In this document: positions 46,495-59,652 of the stretch, piece by piece
How positions within the stretch are numbered: the first letter of the stretch is position 1
Layout: each line of letters starts with the position of its first letter
Assembly: GCA_002269645.1 (NCBI GenBank)
Contig: NIVC01003562.1
Span: 27,137 to 91,136, forward strand
Length of the DNA stretch: 64,000 nt
DNA from: Macrostomum lignano
Taxonomy: Eukaryota
Direction of reading: 5' to 3'
The notes under the pieces: model-generated
Seen by the model: the letters and a program-made list of their open reading frames with translations, nothing else
Told to the model about the DNA's origin: nothing
Databases searched by the model: none
Made by a program: the position numbers and the translations under genes

Positions 46495-49084
46495 CAAAGT
46501 AGAATCTCAATATCAAAAGCACAATAGTTGCATGTCGGCAAGTTGACTACAAGGACTACTAGGAACAATTCGCTATAGTAGTCTAGTAGTAGTGTAGAGA
46601 TCTCCAAACATGGTAGCCTACTAGAAGTAGTAAGATAAAATTATGAACACAAATTTAAAGATAGCTATGCGTCATAATCTATTTTTAGTAATACCAGTAA
46701 TATCACGCAAACAGCGAGTGGCTATGCTATTGTCTGAAAACCGGTTCTCAACATCTATTTTTAGAACTTCCAAATATAGTAAATGTTAACCTGAATGTGA
46801 CCCATGTCTCACCCTTTTCTATTCAAAACACCCCACCTGTCAAATAATAAAATTCCTTTCGTAAAATCATCAAAAAACCGGTTTTGAGCTCAAGGTCGAC
46901 TCAAGGCCGACAAATTGTGTATAAATACAAACGCAAAATCCGAGCTGAAATCTCAGACTCGGAGCAGCCTCCAAAGATCTTGGGCTTTGCAAGAGGAGCC
47001 AAACGAGGCTATATCTTTAAGGAAGAGATAAACACCAATTGGTAAGCTTTGTTCGAGTCTTCGATATTTTGATTATTGAAAGCGATTTTATTGCCGGCCG
47101 TTACTGTCCAGTTGATTTTATCGAGTCTATTGAGTTTGAGGCCTCCCTTTTCCTAAGGGATTGGATAGGATCTGCTGACCGATTCCGATACCCCTAGATG
47201 ATTATTGAGTGATTGATTTTGTTGCCCTAGAGTAACCGATAGGAGCAGACGACTCAGATTCCGTTATTTCTAGAAGAAGACGCCCTTTCTGGAGGACCTC
47301 GTCAATGTTAAAGAATTGATTTTTGTTATTAGGGCGCATCGCTGCTTCTGCACTCGAGGAATTATATTGATTTCGGCACTCGAGGATTTATATTGACTTC
47401 TGCACTCGAGGAATACCTCGACGTCGACAGATTGAATTGTTACGCTCTCACATTCGGCCGATTTTGGAATTCAAGAAGACTACTCCAGAGGAAGAAGCCG
47501 TAAAGAAACGAGCTCGGAGAACCTGCCCGACAAAGAAGAGGAGCCCGCACCGGTAAGTGATCACTGAATTTTGTTCCCAGGCTTAACATCTGGAAGTGGG
47601 AGTTTTCGGGTGACTGATCACCACCCGATCAAACTCTTCACTTGGTTGACTACCGAAAATGTATAGCTTAGATTTCCCTTCTCGCGACGCCATTGTTATG
47701 GACTTAAAATTGTCACTACTAGTCAGTGCTTCGAGATAATGTTTTGTCTATGGTAAAAACTATCGAAACTTAGATTTTTCTTTGATAGTCTGTGGCAATA
47801 GCGTCAATTCTGGATAATGTAAATAAGTGCCACAGACACAGATTATCCACAGATTATCCATAAGTGCCATAAGACACGGACATTATCCATGACTTAACTA
47901 TAGATAAATGTCCGTGACTTGCGGGTAATGTCCTGTCATTCCTCGATTCAAATTTCATTCAAATTTCAAATTTCACACACAGTAACAAAAGGTGACGAGA
48001 AACAATAGGAATACATTAAAAAGTCAAACTTCAAAAGGACCACTCAATATGCTTGATATGAGTTCGTGTCAGAAGAACATGATTGTTCACAGACTGCCGT
48101 GGTTGAACGTACAGTTTTGCATGACGAGATGTTCTTGCCATTTGGATGAGCGTTTCCGAAGTTAACCGCCTCTTGGACCGTTGAGCTCTGAATGTTGACT
48201 GCCCCCAAGTCTTCTTCTTCTTTACCGTCTTCACTTTCACCCGGAAGCAACGGCAGGTCGTCACTTGTTCACCCCTTTTCGATGAACTTGATAAACATGC
48301 CTAGGTCTTCGCCAGCTGCGAAGTCTTTACTCGATCTTAATAGCATCGCGAAAAATCCATTTTGGAGCGTGAGACACCAGAAAGACAACAAATCGGCAAA
48401 TTAGTCCAGTTAATCATATGGACAATGCCAAGAATTCTACATGTACATGACTTAATTTCTGAATGTACATTATTTTGAGAATCGGTGTTGTCAGCGCTTA
48501 TTTTAGCGCCCGAAGGCACTCATTTTAGTATTGATTGATGTATGTATTGATTTCCATAACGGGTCTGTTTGTATGTATTGATTTTCATAACGGGTCACCA
48601 GTTGGAGTTGGGGGCAAAGCATTATCATGTCCCCCATAGCTAACTTTATGAGGGGACATATCCTGATGTCCCTCGGTGGGGACGCCCGCCCCCTCCATCT
48701 CTGGACCTTCTTCGCCAATAGTCTATGGTCAAAAAGTTTCATGTGCTCGTTTTCAGAGAAACAACCTATGGCACTGCAACTTCAACCGAAGATTTTGTCT
48801 ATGGTACTTCCGAGCGAAAATGAAGCTAGAGAAGGTAAGATCTCAGCAGGATAATGATTGGGGGCGTGCTAAGTTCAGCAACGCAGGATAAATCAACTCA
48901 GGATAACCCAACCATTATCCTGAGATCTGACCTTCGTCTAACCACCCATTGTTGCCATAACTTATATGTTTGTTGATTTTAGATTGGCAACTTGAGATGG
49001 CATTTGCATAGCGAGTCTGAAAGTGCTGAGGTCTTTTAGTGACTTTGGTTGGGATCGTTAGGATCATATATATAAGTTTGTTGA

Positions 49085-49790
49085 ACTATTGAACCATGCG
49101 CTTTTTTCTGAGCGTTCCCAATCTCTCAATTGTCGAGGGCGCCCAGCGACAACTGGACAAGCTAGTTGCTGTTGCGGCGAGTGTCGGCCTGGCGTCAACA
49201 TGCAGAAACCGTCGTGTTTCCGCGCTGGTCTGGTTCCCGGCGTCCGCGAGGATTTGCGGCATCGCCGCGGACTTGCCTGGGCTGCCTTTCGTCTGTGAGG
49301 GCAGTCCTGCAGTCCGAGGCCTTACCTGACCGCCAGAAGGCGGCGTTTTTCCTGCCGATATTGAGATCGTCCTGCTGTACAACGCCAAGACTTGGACGCT
49401 GACGGAGTCGCCCGAGCAACAAGTTGACGCGGCGCACGCTGGCCTGCTGCGCGCCGCCTTCAAAATCGGTCACGAGCGAGTGGCCGAGTAACCAACGCGG
49501 CTTTGTATCGCCGCGCCGGCCTGGTCCGTCCAAGCGACCTGTTGCGCCGTCGGCGACTCCAGCTAGCACGCCACATCATCTGCACCGAGTTGTACCGCCC
49601 ACAGCCGGTGCAGGAGGTGCTGCTGCTAACCCTGCAGGCACCTTACCGGCGGCGGGGGCAGGCGCGCACTCGGCGTTTCGTCGACTGCCTGCTGGCTGAT
49701 GCCGGCGCCCCGGATTCGGCCGGCGGCGTTGCATTCGTTCGCGACCTGGCCTTGAGGTGCACCCTGTGACGCTGAACGCGTATTCTGTTG
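49085..49790 (+). mobile_element. 5'-truncated, frameshifted non-LTR retrotransposon (RTE-like RT C-terminus)
   Basis: AQRQLDKLVAVAASVGL; LLYNAKTWTLT; LYRRAGLVRPSDLLRRRRLQLARHI; RGQARTRRFVDCLLADAG. Confidence 0.75.
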
Positions 49791-51226
49791 TTGTGTTCTC
49801 AATCGATTTGTCTAACAAGTTATCGATTCCAACCGCTTCACTAAATTCAGGTATGTTTTTGCTTAGAGCAAAATTGAGCAAAAGGAATAAAATATTTACA
49901 TTACAAGATTTTTTTCACCAGTTGAGCTAGTGGATTTTTTCAAAGGAAAAATATGGCTACTGTAAAGATGCATTTCTACTAATAGTAGTAATTTAAGCAA
50001 ATTTAGTGAAATAATTCAGTTTGAATATCAATCAGAGACTACTTGAACTTAGTTTCATAAGATATCAATAGAGTTATATAAGAGAGGCACATCATATCAA
50101 AAGGACAGGTGAACATTGGGTCTGCATCCTATCCAAAGCAATAATTTTGTTATCCTTCAAAGCTTCAAAATATTTCCATAGATTTCGAGACGTGTCTTTC
50201 TACTTTAGTAGTCCTTGCGTTGAATAATTTTGGATGACACACGTTTTCTGTTTAATTAGACAATCGCTTTCACAAAATTTTGTAAGATATTTATTATTTT
50301 CATTTTTAACGCTATTCTCTTTCGCTATTAACTGTTTCCTACTCTGAAATAAGTTTAGGAGTTGAGAAAGGCGACCCTTGAAACTCTCAAGAGCCTTGCA
50401 ACGTATGCAGATCCAGCTGTAGCCATTCAGTCAACAAAGTGAAATTGCTGCTTTGATAGCAATCAAGCCATGTATGGCACTTGCAGCTTCCCAGACCAAC
50501 TGTATGTACTAGCTAGTAGACTCTGTTTTTATTAGAGTCAAGTGAACTTGTACCCGATTGAGCTTGAACTATTGCTGACAAGAGAAATGTTGCCACGGTC
50601 AAAAAAAGTTTCTGAACAATCAATGCTCCGTGCTGAAAAATAATGCAATAGAATTGTTATATCCTGCTTGAATGATTTTCCTGTGAACCCATTTTCTAGC
50701 GATACACACTGCCTGCATAGGACCGTGACTGTATAATACAGACTTTGCGGACGGATATTACACTCGAAATCAGCATTCAAGTGAACACGCAAGCAATTCA
50801 CTAATACGTGGGCTAACATAATGTGAAAGTACCACTTTGCATGCGAACAATTAAAACTATTGTTCACTATTATAGTTCTGATGCCATATTAGCTCTTTTA
50901 AGTTCGTTTTCTATTGCTCAAAACCGTTCAGAACAAGTGCACACAGAAGTATTGTCATAAAAACATCCGTAGTACCTCCAAAAACCAAGGATACATTTTT
51001 GCGGAGAACTCTTTGTCTTAAAGATGATCTTAAAAATCTTAAAAATTTGACTTTAGACGAGAATTAAACATTGCACGAATACGGTATGCTGTAAAGAAGT
51101 AGTCTAAATATTTCTAAAAATTCTTAAGATTTTTGTTCCTATTAAACGAACGTCACACAGACTACCTTTTGCTTCAAATTATTTTAGTTCAGTAGCTACT
51201 CTTTTAGACAACAGGCCTCCTTGGTC

Positions 51227-54200
51227 TCAAGGACACGAGCCAAGATTCGCCAGACTCAGCAGCACAGAGCCGTGCTTGCTGGCCGTGTTGCCGCCAGCAC
51301 TGCCGGTGCAGCCGCTGCCGCCGCAAAATGAGCCACCGCCGCCTCCGCAATGGTTGCCGTAGATACCGGCTCCGCCGCCGCTGTAACCGCCGCCAGCTCC
51401 GGCTGCGCCAACGAAAGAGCTGGAGGCCGTACCAGCACCTCCTCCACCGCCGAAGCCGCCGCAGGCGATGCTGCTGCCACCGGCGCTGCCTCCGACCCAG
51501 CTGTCGTTTTTACCACCGCCTCGATCGCCGTCGTAGCTGTTGTACCTGCGGTGTAATAATGCTCATATAGTCACTTGACGAAAGGATTTCAGTGTTGCAC
51601 TGTCTCAAAAAATGAACTTTCCGACAGTAAATGAAGCATATTTGTATTAGTATTTTGTCTTCCAAGGTTGATTTACAAGTTTATAGGACATATTTTTCGA
51701 AAGATAACAGCATATGCAGTTCCTTTCTTTTCTTCTTCCTTTCTGTATTGGGGATTTCTAGTTTCAGAGCTAAAAGTAAAAACCATATTTTTATGCGATT
51801 TTAGATGAGCTTTTCACTGCAACAAATCTGCTTTCTGTGATATTGGCACGATTTCCAGACGTAGAATGTACTGCACAGTATTTGCGCACGTGCTTTAAGA
51901 TCCTAGATACGCCAATATAGGCCAGTATACTCATGCTTACCTGGGGTTCACAGGTTTCCCCAGCCAGCCGGCACCGCAGCCGCCATGGTTCATGCCAGAG
52001 GAAGTTGTTTTAGCACTTGGATTATTGCTTCCGGGTTGACCGTTTACGCCTCCGATTCCGAAAAGATGGCTCTGGTGATTTGATATAAAGTTAACTGATA
52101 CCAGCAAACGTAAAGAAAACTATTTGCAATGAGGCTCATCTCGCCAAATCATATAGTAAATCGTAAAATGCGGTATTTGTTGATATGCATGTAAATTTAA
52201 AAAATGGAGCCACACAGTCGTCTCACAGCCAGCAAAAAGTACTTGTGCACATTTGCTGACCTCTAAACATGTCGTCGCACAGTGTTTCTACTGTGGATGT
52301 TGTAGGAACCTGCGTGAGTCCACCCCAGTGCCCAAACCCAAAATTGTTGTGGTCGTGCCCGAAAAAATAATAACAAACGACTTTATCGCTCCGCTATCCA
52401 CCGTCTCTGCTACGCTACGCTTGTACAACCGAATTGACACAGGCACATGGATTATGCATTCCGCTCGATGATTATTTCCACATAACATTCTATTTCATAT
52501 TTCAACACATTTCCATAAAAATTAAGTGGCTTGAATTACACCATATTTCATAATTGCAGCAAAATACGGCTTGATGGCTCCTCCATGCAAACTTTCCGTT
52601 CTCAAAGGTCTTCAGAAGGTAGAAATATACGAGCTACAATCGATTCAAGATAGAAACTACTACCGTTTTTTTATTTCGATAGGCCCTACCAGTTGCTGAA
52701 GATGAACTTTTCAAAAAAATTTAATGTGTTTACGCATTTGTATGTATGCATCAGTAAAAAGGCAGGCTCAATATTGGTTGAGCGCTGGTACGCTAGGATA
52801 CCGCAATTTTGTCTTAGGCTCGGTACCTCATGAATGACACAAGATGGCCAGGATGAATTCCTGACTTGTTGCTTGAAAGCATACTTCTAAGCAAATAGAT
52901 TCTCTGTTTCACAACTCAAAACCCATGCAAATACGAGTAGAGCTCAATAATTGAAGAGGCTTTTCTTACTGATAGCTCAGGTGTGTGAAACTTACCTCAC
53001 CTTCACCTAGGGAACCTGATCCGTTCACGCCTGCCTCGCCAAGCCTTCCTAAAGAGATAATTTGCACACAAAGCTTAGGCATTCAAAATGCGAATTTCAA
53101 AAGTAAGACTGAACACTACCATTTGAACTCACCATCGTATGCGAAGGACGCGCCGCCACCACCGCCGGCAGCCATCAAGAGTTGATTGTTGAATGCGTCG
53201 TACGCGAAGCTGCCTCCACCGCCGCCGCCACTGTTTGAAGACGAGTCTGCCGGACCGCCAGCCTGACCGACAACGATAGATAGCTGTGTTCCCGCTGTCA
53301 GGTTAACATTGCCAACGACCAGGGCTCCCCTGCCGCCGAACTTGCTGCTACTAACCAGGGTGTTGTCGCCTCCTTTTGCTCCGCTGATTTCGATGCGATA
53401 GCAGCCGGTAAAGTTTATAACTACTTGTTGGATGACACCGAACCGACCGGTGCTCGAGTCTGGAATCAGGCAAAACAGTTGAGCATTGTTGAGTTTTGCT
53501 GAACCGTAGAATCATGAGCAATTAAAACAGAAGGATGTCAAACTTTAAAACTGGTTTTGAAGCAAAAATTTCACGGATTCCTAGTTTCGAATCATTCTAC
53601 TTCTGTTGTCTCTGCATGAAATTGTGAAAAACAATGAAACACTTGCTTGAAAAAACGCGAGTGAAATTGATTTTGGCTGTTGACTTGATTATATCTTCAA
53701 AATCCGGTAGTTTCCACGCGACTGTGTCAGTCTCAGCTCCCAGGAATCTCTGCTCGTTAGTTCCAGTCGCCGATCCTGACTCCCCAGACACGGTCGCCAG
53801 CTGGCAGAGACTGGTGCCCTTCCAGAACGCGCCAGCAGAGCAGCTCATCAGTCCGCATCGCATGACGCATTCCTGCACTGTCGTGACTCCGGTGACGTTC
53901 AACACTTGGCTGGAGACTGTCCCGTTGATGACTAGGACACCAGAGTGCTTGACGTAGCGAGTTGAATTACGACAAGAGCCTAAACGTTTGTAAATGAAAG
54001 CTTCATACATGTAAACCTGACGTCGCCAAGGACTACTTAAGTAAAAGGACAGAAAAGTTTTGAGAGGCAGGTTTTACTGTTAAATACGCTCGTACATAAC
54101 TGAGAATATATATAAGCTTTAAAAGATGAAAAATGGATCAAGTCGACTTATTGGTTTTATGAATCTATCAAGGACAACTTTGACGGGAAATGACGGGAAT

Positions 54201-54678
54201 TAATAACTTAGATGGGCCTCCAAATATTGTCGTTTCCCGTCACCGAGTATTGAGTAGTCTCTAGAATCTATTTTATCATTCTGTTGAACATTTTTATTTC
54301 ATAGTCAGCCAAGATCTCTTATTTTCTAACCTTAAAGGTTTATGATTATCAATTTCTGCTATAAGAAAAAGCAATACATATAACGATGAAGATCATGGGT
54401 CTGCCTCCGATCAGAGTCAGTAGCAATTTTTGTTCTGAAAAAAAACGAAAACCGTTCTTTGTAATGTTTTTTTCGGTAAAACATGCCCCTTAAAATTTTT
54501 CAACTAGCGTATTTTACCGTCTTTCTAATTGAAAAATCCTTGGACGTTATATGCACAAAACAAAACAAAATAGTAACGAAATAAAACAAAATAAAACGGA
54601 TCTCTCACCCTCCATCGAGCCGATGCAGGAGCAAACGAAAGCGCAAAATATGATAAATCTAATGTGCGTTATCTTCAT
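51227..54678 (-). CDS. Secreted PAN/apple plus glycine-rich domain protein, paralogue B (exons 54609-54678, 53647-53979, 53133-53459, 52996-53048, 51941-52071, 51227-51545; about 410 aa)
   Basis: Signal-like MKITHIRFIIFCAFVCSCIGSMEG; PAN ECVMRCGLMSCSAGAFWKGTSLC; same glycine-rich motifs as A and C; one GC-AG intron and one extra intron. Confidence 0.86.
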
Positions 54679-56618
54679 TTCTTTCTAATACGCTCATATA
54701 ATTGAGTCTTTCTAAGGCAACTGTTCTTCTGCCGACGTAGCAGATGATTATTTTCCAATATGCTCAGAAATCTTAGTCACTTTCAAGGCATGACTATATA
54801 TATGTGTATATATAAGCTGCTCACGAAGTTCCTGTCCATTACACCTATCGCTTTTCGTCGCAACCAATCAACGCCTTTTTCGCAATTTTATCCAACCACG
54901 CTGCCATGAAGGCTTCATTTCTGACCAGGAGTAATAAAACTTGCCTGTAGCTGCCACGCTGGATTCATAAGAAGAAGCTTAATGAAAAACTCGGAGGCCA
55001 TTTTCAAGGTCTCAATTGGTACGCTACTTCTTTTGAGAGATCAAGTATCGCAGAGTTTTTTACGCGTCTATCTGGCAAGCTGACTAGATCAAATTTGAAT
55101 TCTGATCAACCTATCTGTCCAAATAGGCTAGGCCAGTGATCCTTAGTGAACTCGTTTCTAAAATTATTTTAGAATATTATATTATCTATCTATATATTAT
55201 ATTATTATTATAGATAGTATATAATTAGTTATAATATAATAGTAGCGCTAATATAATAGTTATAATACATTATATATTAGCGCGTATGTTGTAATGTAGT
55301 TTTTGCCTGGCCTTATTTAGAATATACTTTGTCTGGGGATTCTTGTGCTAGTGAGTCCCTACGAGTATTATACACCGCTTAACGTACATGTACTACGTAC
55401 GTGCGTATTACAGAACTGATTACCCAGAAAATACATATATACTGAAATATTTAATGACCTAAAATATGATGGATAGTTCTAATACAACCGCCTGTCTATC
55501 AAATATATCAATCGATAGAAGCTTCTGATTGGATGAGCTCAGGATGACTAGCGCGACTCTGATTGGCTGATCTCAAGACCTCAAAACCATCTCCACCTGG
55601 CGATCATAAATCATAAATCATAATTGAAAGTAGTTAGTTAAACGTAGGAGACAAATTGAATGTCAAAACCCTTAACTTTCTGAAGCAGACGTGACTGCAG
55701 TATATCGCAGCTCAATAAAATCAAATGTGACAATACAATACAGTAGAAGATACTATGATGATACGAAACTGCCAGCTACGTCTTGCATAGTTATATGAGA
55801 GGCAGTGCAAACAGTATAAGAATAACTGCTGATACAGGCAATAGAATTCTACAATCAGGTGATGCTATGCACAGCAAATATGAATACTCGTAAAAATGAG
55901 AAGCAGCATTGTTCAGCTGACGTCTGCAATGTCAACACAATTCAATAGCTTTCAGAAAAACTAACGTTCAGAAAGCTAGTTAAAAAAACTAGCTTTCAGC
56001 TTCTTAGCCAACCGCGGGCCAAAAAAGGAGCAAAAAGGAAGCCACAGGGGTGTCGACGAGGAAGCAGTCTGGCAAGAAGCAAATGTATTTGAAGCAAATA
56101 TCACGATGCGATGTCACGGCGTACATGTATAAAAGAACGGACGTGGAAGCGCCTTGCAATTTTCCGTGAACAAGCCCCAAATGAATGTGGCGAACTAGGC
56201 ATCCAGATGTGTTTAAGCTGCTGTCTCCCCGCTTTTAGTATCTAAGCAATCTGTCAACAGTCGCTACAGGCTTACATGTATGTTGCTAAGGCATCAATCG
56301 ATAATTTAAGCCCACATACGGAAACACACACAGGCATCACGCAAGCCAAATAAAAAGCATAAATCGCTTCTGCTGTTAATGCACGATCTCCATCTGCGTT
56401 TCAGAAAAATGTCGGATCAGTCGTTTACTTACTGACTACTGACTGACTCACTACTTTGTGAAACATTGTCTATTTACAGTGTATACCAAAGAGACGGACA
56501 ACGTCCCATTCCGTTTGATAGTGAGTAAAAAACAAGTAGCGATATAGCATCCTTACACTTCTACTGCCATTTAGGAAAGCTGGGACTTATATACTAGTAT
56601 AGTTGCTTCATTTAAACC

Positions 56619-56729
56619 GGAATTGGAGATCTTTCTAAGTCTTCGAAATCTAAATAGCACCCCCACTCACGAGCTTCACGCGCACGGCGGCTGTTGTGCC
56701 GGCTGGCTGGGCAGAGCTGTACTTTCGAG
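56619..56729 (+). pseudogene. Degenerate exon relic of a fourth PAN-GRD paralogue (B-type exon 5)
   Basis: Begins GGAATTGGAG (GIG) and contains HGGCCAGWLGRAVLSR versus HGGCGAGWLGKPVNPR in gene B; ends at the position equivalent to B's exon boundary; frame disrupted. Confidence 0.55.
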
Positions 56730-56808
56730 GCTGGGTCTTTTAATGCTTGAATTGAAAGAGGCATTGTATATCCACCTTTGCTATGTCCTAATACCTTGTT
56801 TTACGTTT

Positions 56809-57064
56809 GGGGTTGTAGCCTAGTGGTTGGAGCGTCGGACTCACGACTGAAAGTTTTCAGCCTGCTCTTAACAATTTGTGTCTTTAAGCAAGAAACTTAA
56901 CTCTGCATTGCTTCAGTTCACCCAGCTGTAAAATGGGTGCCCCAGTCCTTGGACTGAACAGCCGTACGCAGCATTCAGATGCGCTGCGCAGTAGCTGCGG
57001 CTGAGCTGTCGGTTGCACATCTGGCCCAATTGGGGCAGGTGTAATCAGTTATATTATTATTATT
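56809..57064 (+). mobile_element. tRNA-derived CORE-like SINE, copy 2 (B box lost)
   Basis: Colinear with 29275-29580, including the 3' domain CCCAGTCCTTGGACTGAACAGCCGTACGCAG...GCAGGTGTAAT and a (TAT)n tail. Confidence 0.8.
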
Positions 57065-57942
57065 AAAACCTTGAGCTTTGTCAAAGCTTTCGTTAAATTT
57101 AATTGAACTCACGTCTCGCTACTAAACTATCACAGTAGTGTCGACCGTCTTTACTCGATATTTTATGGCACAAAATGTCAGAATTTAACCATCCATAACA
57201 GCTTTTATAATCACGTATACTTTTGTCTGACTACATCAACTGCAATCAAGCAAGGACTATCTGGCACATTTACGAGCTATACTTTTGGATTGCAATTCAA
57301 ACCACAGTGGTTAAGTCATAATAAATAGCCAGCAGGCAAGTTTATTTTTCTTTACGAATTATTCCCAACAAAGAATCACATTGAACTTAGCTCCGGCCTA
57401 GCTAGTTGCTTTAATAGGCACAGTGTAAAGGTAAGGTATTAGGTGATATTGTTGATATATTGTAATGAGAGATAGTAACTTTTTAAGGCATAAGAAATGC
57501 CCACAATTTTAAACGCTACAAATTGCTTTAGAAATAGTGCAGCCCCGTCACCATGCAAAACTAGCTAGCTGGCAGAGTCTATATCGTTTAACGACACTCA
57601 TGTAACTTCCATGGAAATGCTCTCATTTTGGAATGTACAGTACAGCATGAAAAATGTACAGCAAAGCCTATTGCAGTGTCAAAATACATCGCCAAGATAC
57701 GCCCCCTTCAACTAACTGAAGTGCTTGATGCAAGAGGACAACGACAAAGTCAAAACTCTGCATGGAAAATTCCATTGGCTAGTATTTTTTACGATGGAAA
57801 ATTACTAGCATCCAGTTGCAACTGGGGAAAAACTCAATCGATTAGCTTTACCATAAAGAAGAAAAATTTCCTGCAATCTAAAATTTCTGTCCGTCAGGAC
57901 TGTACGCAACTCTATAGGCATCAAGATATTAACTTCTGTTAA

Positions 57943-58750
57943 CAGTAGAAAGACCCACGCTACATGTATTTTTCACTTTATGGTGAATCCATATTGGCTC
58001 AATAATCTGGGTCCATCTGTCGTCGAGGCCTTTGTTCTCAGCATCCCAGGCACCAGTATCCTCTTCATCACCGTCTGGAGCATTGACGGCGACCGTCGGG
58101 ACTTTCAACGGTGTGCCACCACGCGGCCCTGACGAGCTGACACCCCGAACATCGTGATTTCTCTATCCAGGCACCAAACTAGGCATGTTTGCATATTATA
58201 AAATGGTCCTGAACCATGTTCAGCATTCAAGCTCTGTCTGGACGACCTTCGGGACCTTCAACGGAGTGCCCTGACGAGCTGGCACCACCAACATCATGCT
58301 TTTTCTATCAAGGCCGTGTGGTAGAACTCCGTTGAAGGTCCCGAAAGTCGCCTGTATATCTACAGGTCAGCCTAGAGGGTCGCCATGATTGTCCATTTCA
58401 TTCACCGATTATGTATACTGACTGAATGCTGCATGCAGAAGAGGATTTGATGAAGGGGACCCTGGTGCCTGGGATGCTGAGAGCACGTCCCTGCGACTGA
58501 CATGCATAGGTTGTTGAGCCGATGTGGTTTCATGATGAGATTTTGTGAGCAGAAAAATTTTGCCAATGTTGGAGGTTTTTGCCACCGGACACCCGAGGAG
58601 AATTTTTAATATCTCGACGATGCCGATTTTTCGTTATTCTCGAAGTTGCTTCATCGAATAGAGAGGAAAATTTTAGCACGTGTTTTGGATTTTCATGGCA
58701 ATTGGCTGAATATTTTTGGAGATCCACCAAAGGAAAAATGTGTGTATTTG
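57943..58750. mobile_element. Old, diverged relative of the foldback element
   Basis: Starts TTAA|CAGTAGAA. Internal inverted repeats CTCAGCATCCCAGGCACCAG (about 58037 and 58462) and GGGACCTTCAACGGAGT (about 58251 and 58326). Segments AATATCTCGACG and TTAGCACGTGTTTTGGATTTT resemble the outer arm of 18212-21000. Confidence 0.5.
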
Positions 58751-59652
58751 AAATACATTTTCACATTGAAACTTGTGGTGGCGAGCTTATGCATTAAATA
58801 TACTTGACATCTATCATAATCTTTTAGACAAAAACGGTTACAGTAAAACAATACCAAGATTAGGTGTATATTCCAATTTTTTAACCGCTGAATCGATTCG
58901 AATGGCTACCAGAGCAATATTCGAAGCTGATTGACAGGTGCATGTGTACTGTGGTGGCGAACAGGCATAATCAAAGCTGGAAAATGTCAGATTTTCGTTA
59001 TTTCAGTTTCGCGTGCATCAAAGAAAGTACCTTGTTTTAGGAGCTTTTGCCTCAGCTTGCTTGTGCTAGAATATTTGTGCCTCAGTCAAATATGGCTGCA
59101 TCTGATCTCGTTTGAGTACATGCTCAAAAAAGTCTTGCTCTCTCGAGACTGAGGCTATCCTTTCGTCTATGACGCCCACTCAGCCTTAAGTCTTAGGCCC
59201 AGCAAGTTGCCTGAGAAGCATGACGACTTGAAGCCTTATTATTCCAGAAAAGGTTTTACTCTGTATGAAGCGTCACCTGAGTCATGCAGTGAAGTGGGCG
59301 AGATAAAAGTCTACGAAGAGGAAGAAAATTTAGTAGAAAAGCGAAACTGGGGAAACGCCTAAAACAAATAAAAAAACTTCTGCACAGTTGAGAAAGTCAG
59401 AAAGTCAGAGAGTAGCATCCCTCCGTGGCTGGACGTACAAAGCGAATTGAAGTGTACTGCAGAGACCGGAGTGGGACAGAGACACTGAATCTATAACCTC
59501 GCGCGCCTTGACAACGGCTCAGCAAAAAAATCAACAGAAGGGCCTCTGAGAAAATTTTAAACAGTAAAGATTTGTGAGCGGGAAAAAGCTCCTCGTTCCA
59601 ATTCGGACGCACAATTCCAGTACTGAGAGACGGCAAACACACAACTTTCGAG

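Noticed and set aside
42900-47000. Paired LTRs and TSD for the Gypsy element at 43239
   Set aside because: No second copy of the upstream sequence was found after 46494, so LTR limits cannot be supported.
50538-50867. 109-aa minus-strand ORF as a possible decayed transposase
   Set aside because: No convincing catalytic motif or TIRs; likewise for ORFs at 48031-48404 and 57628-57942.
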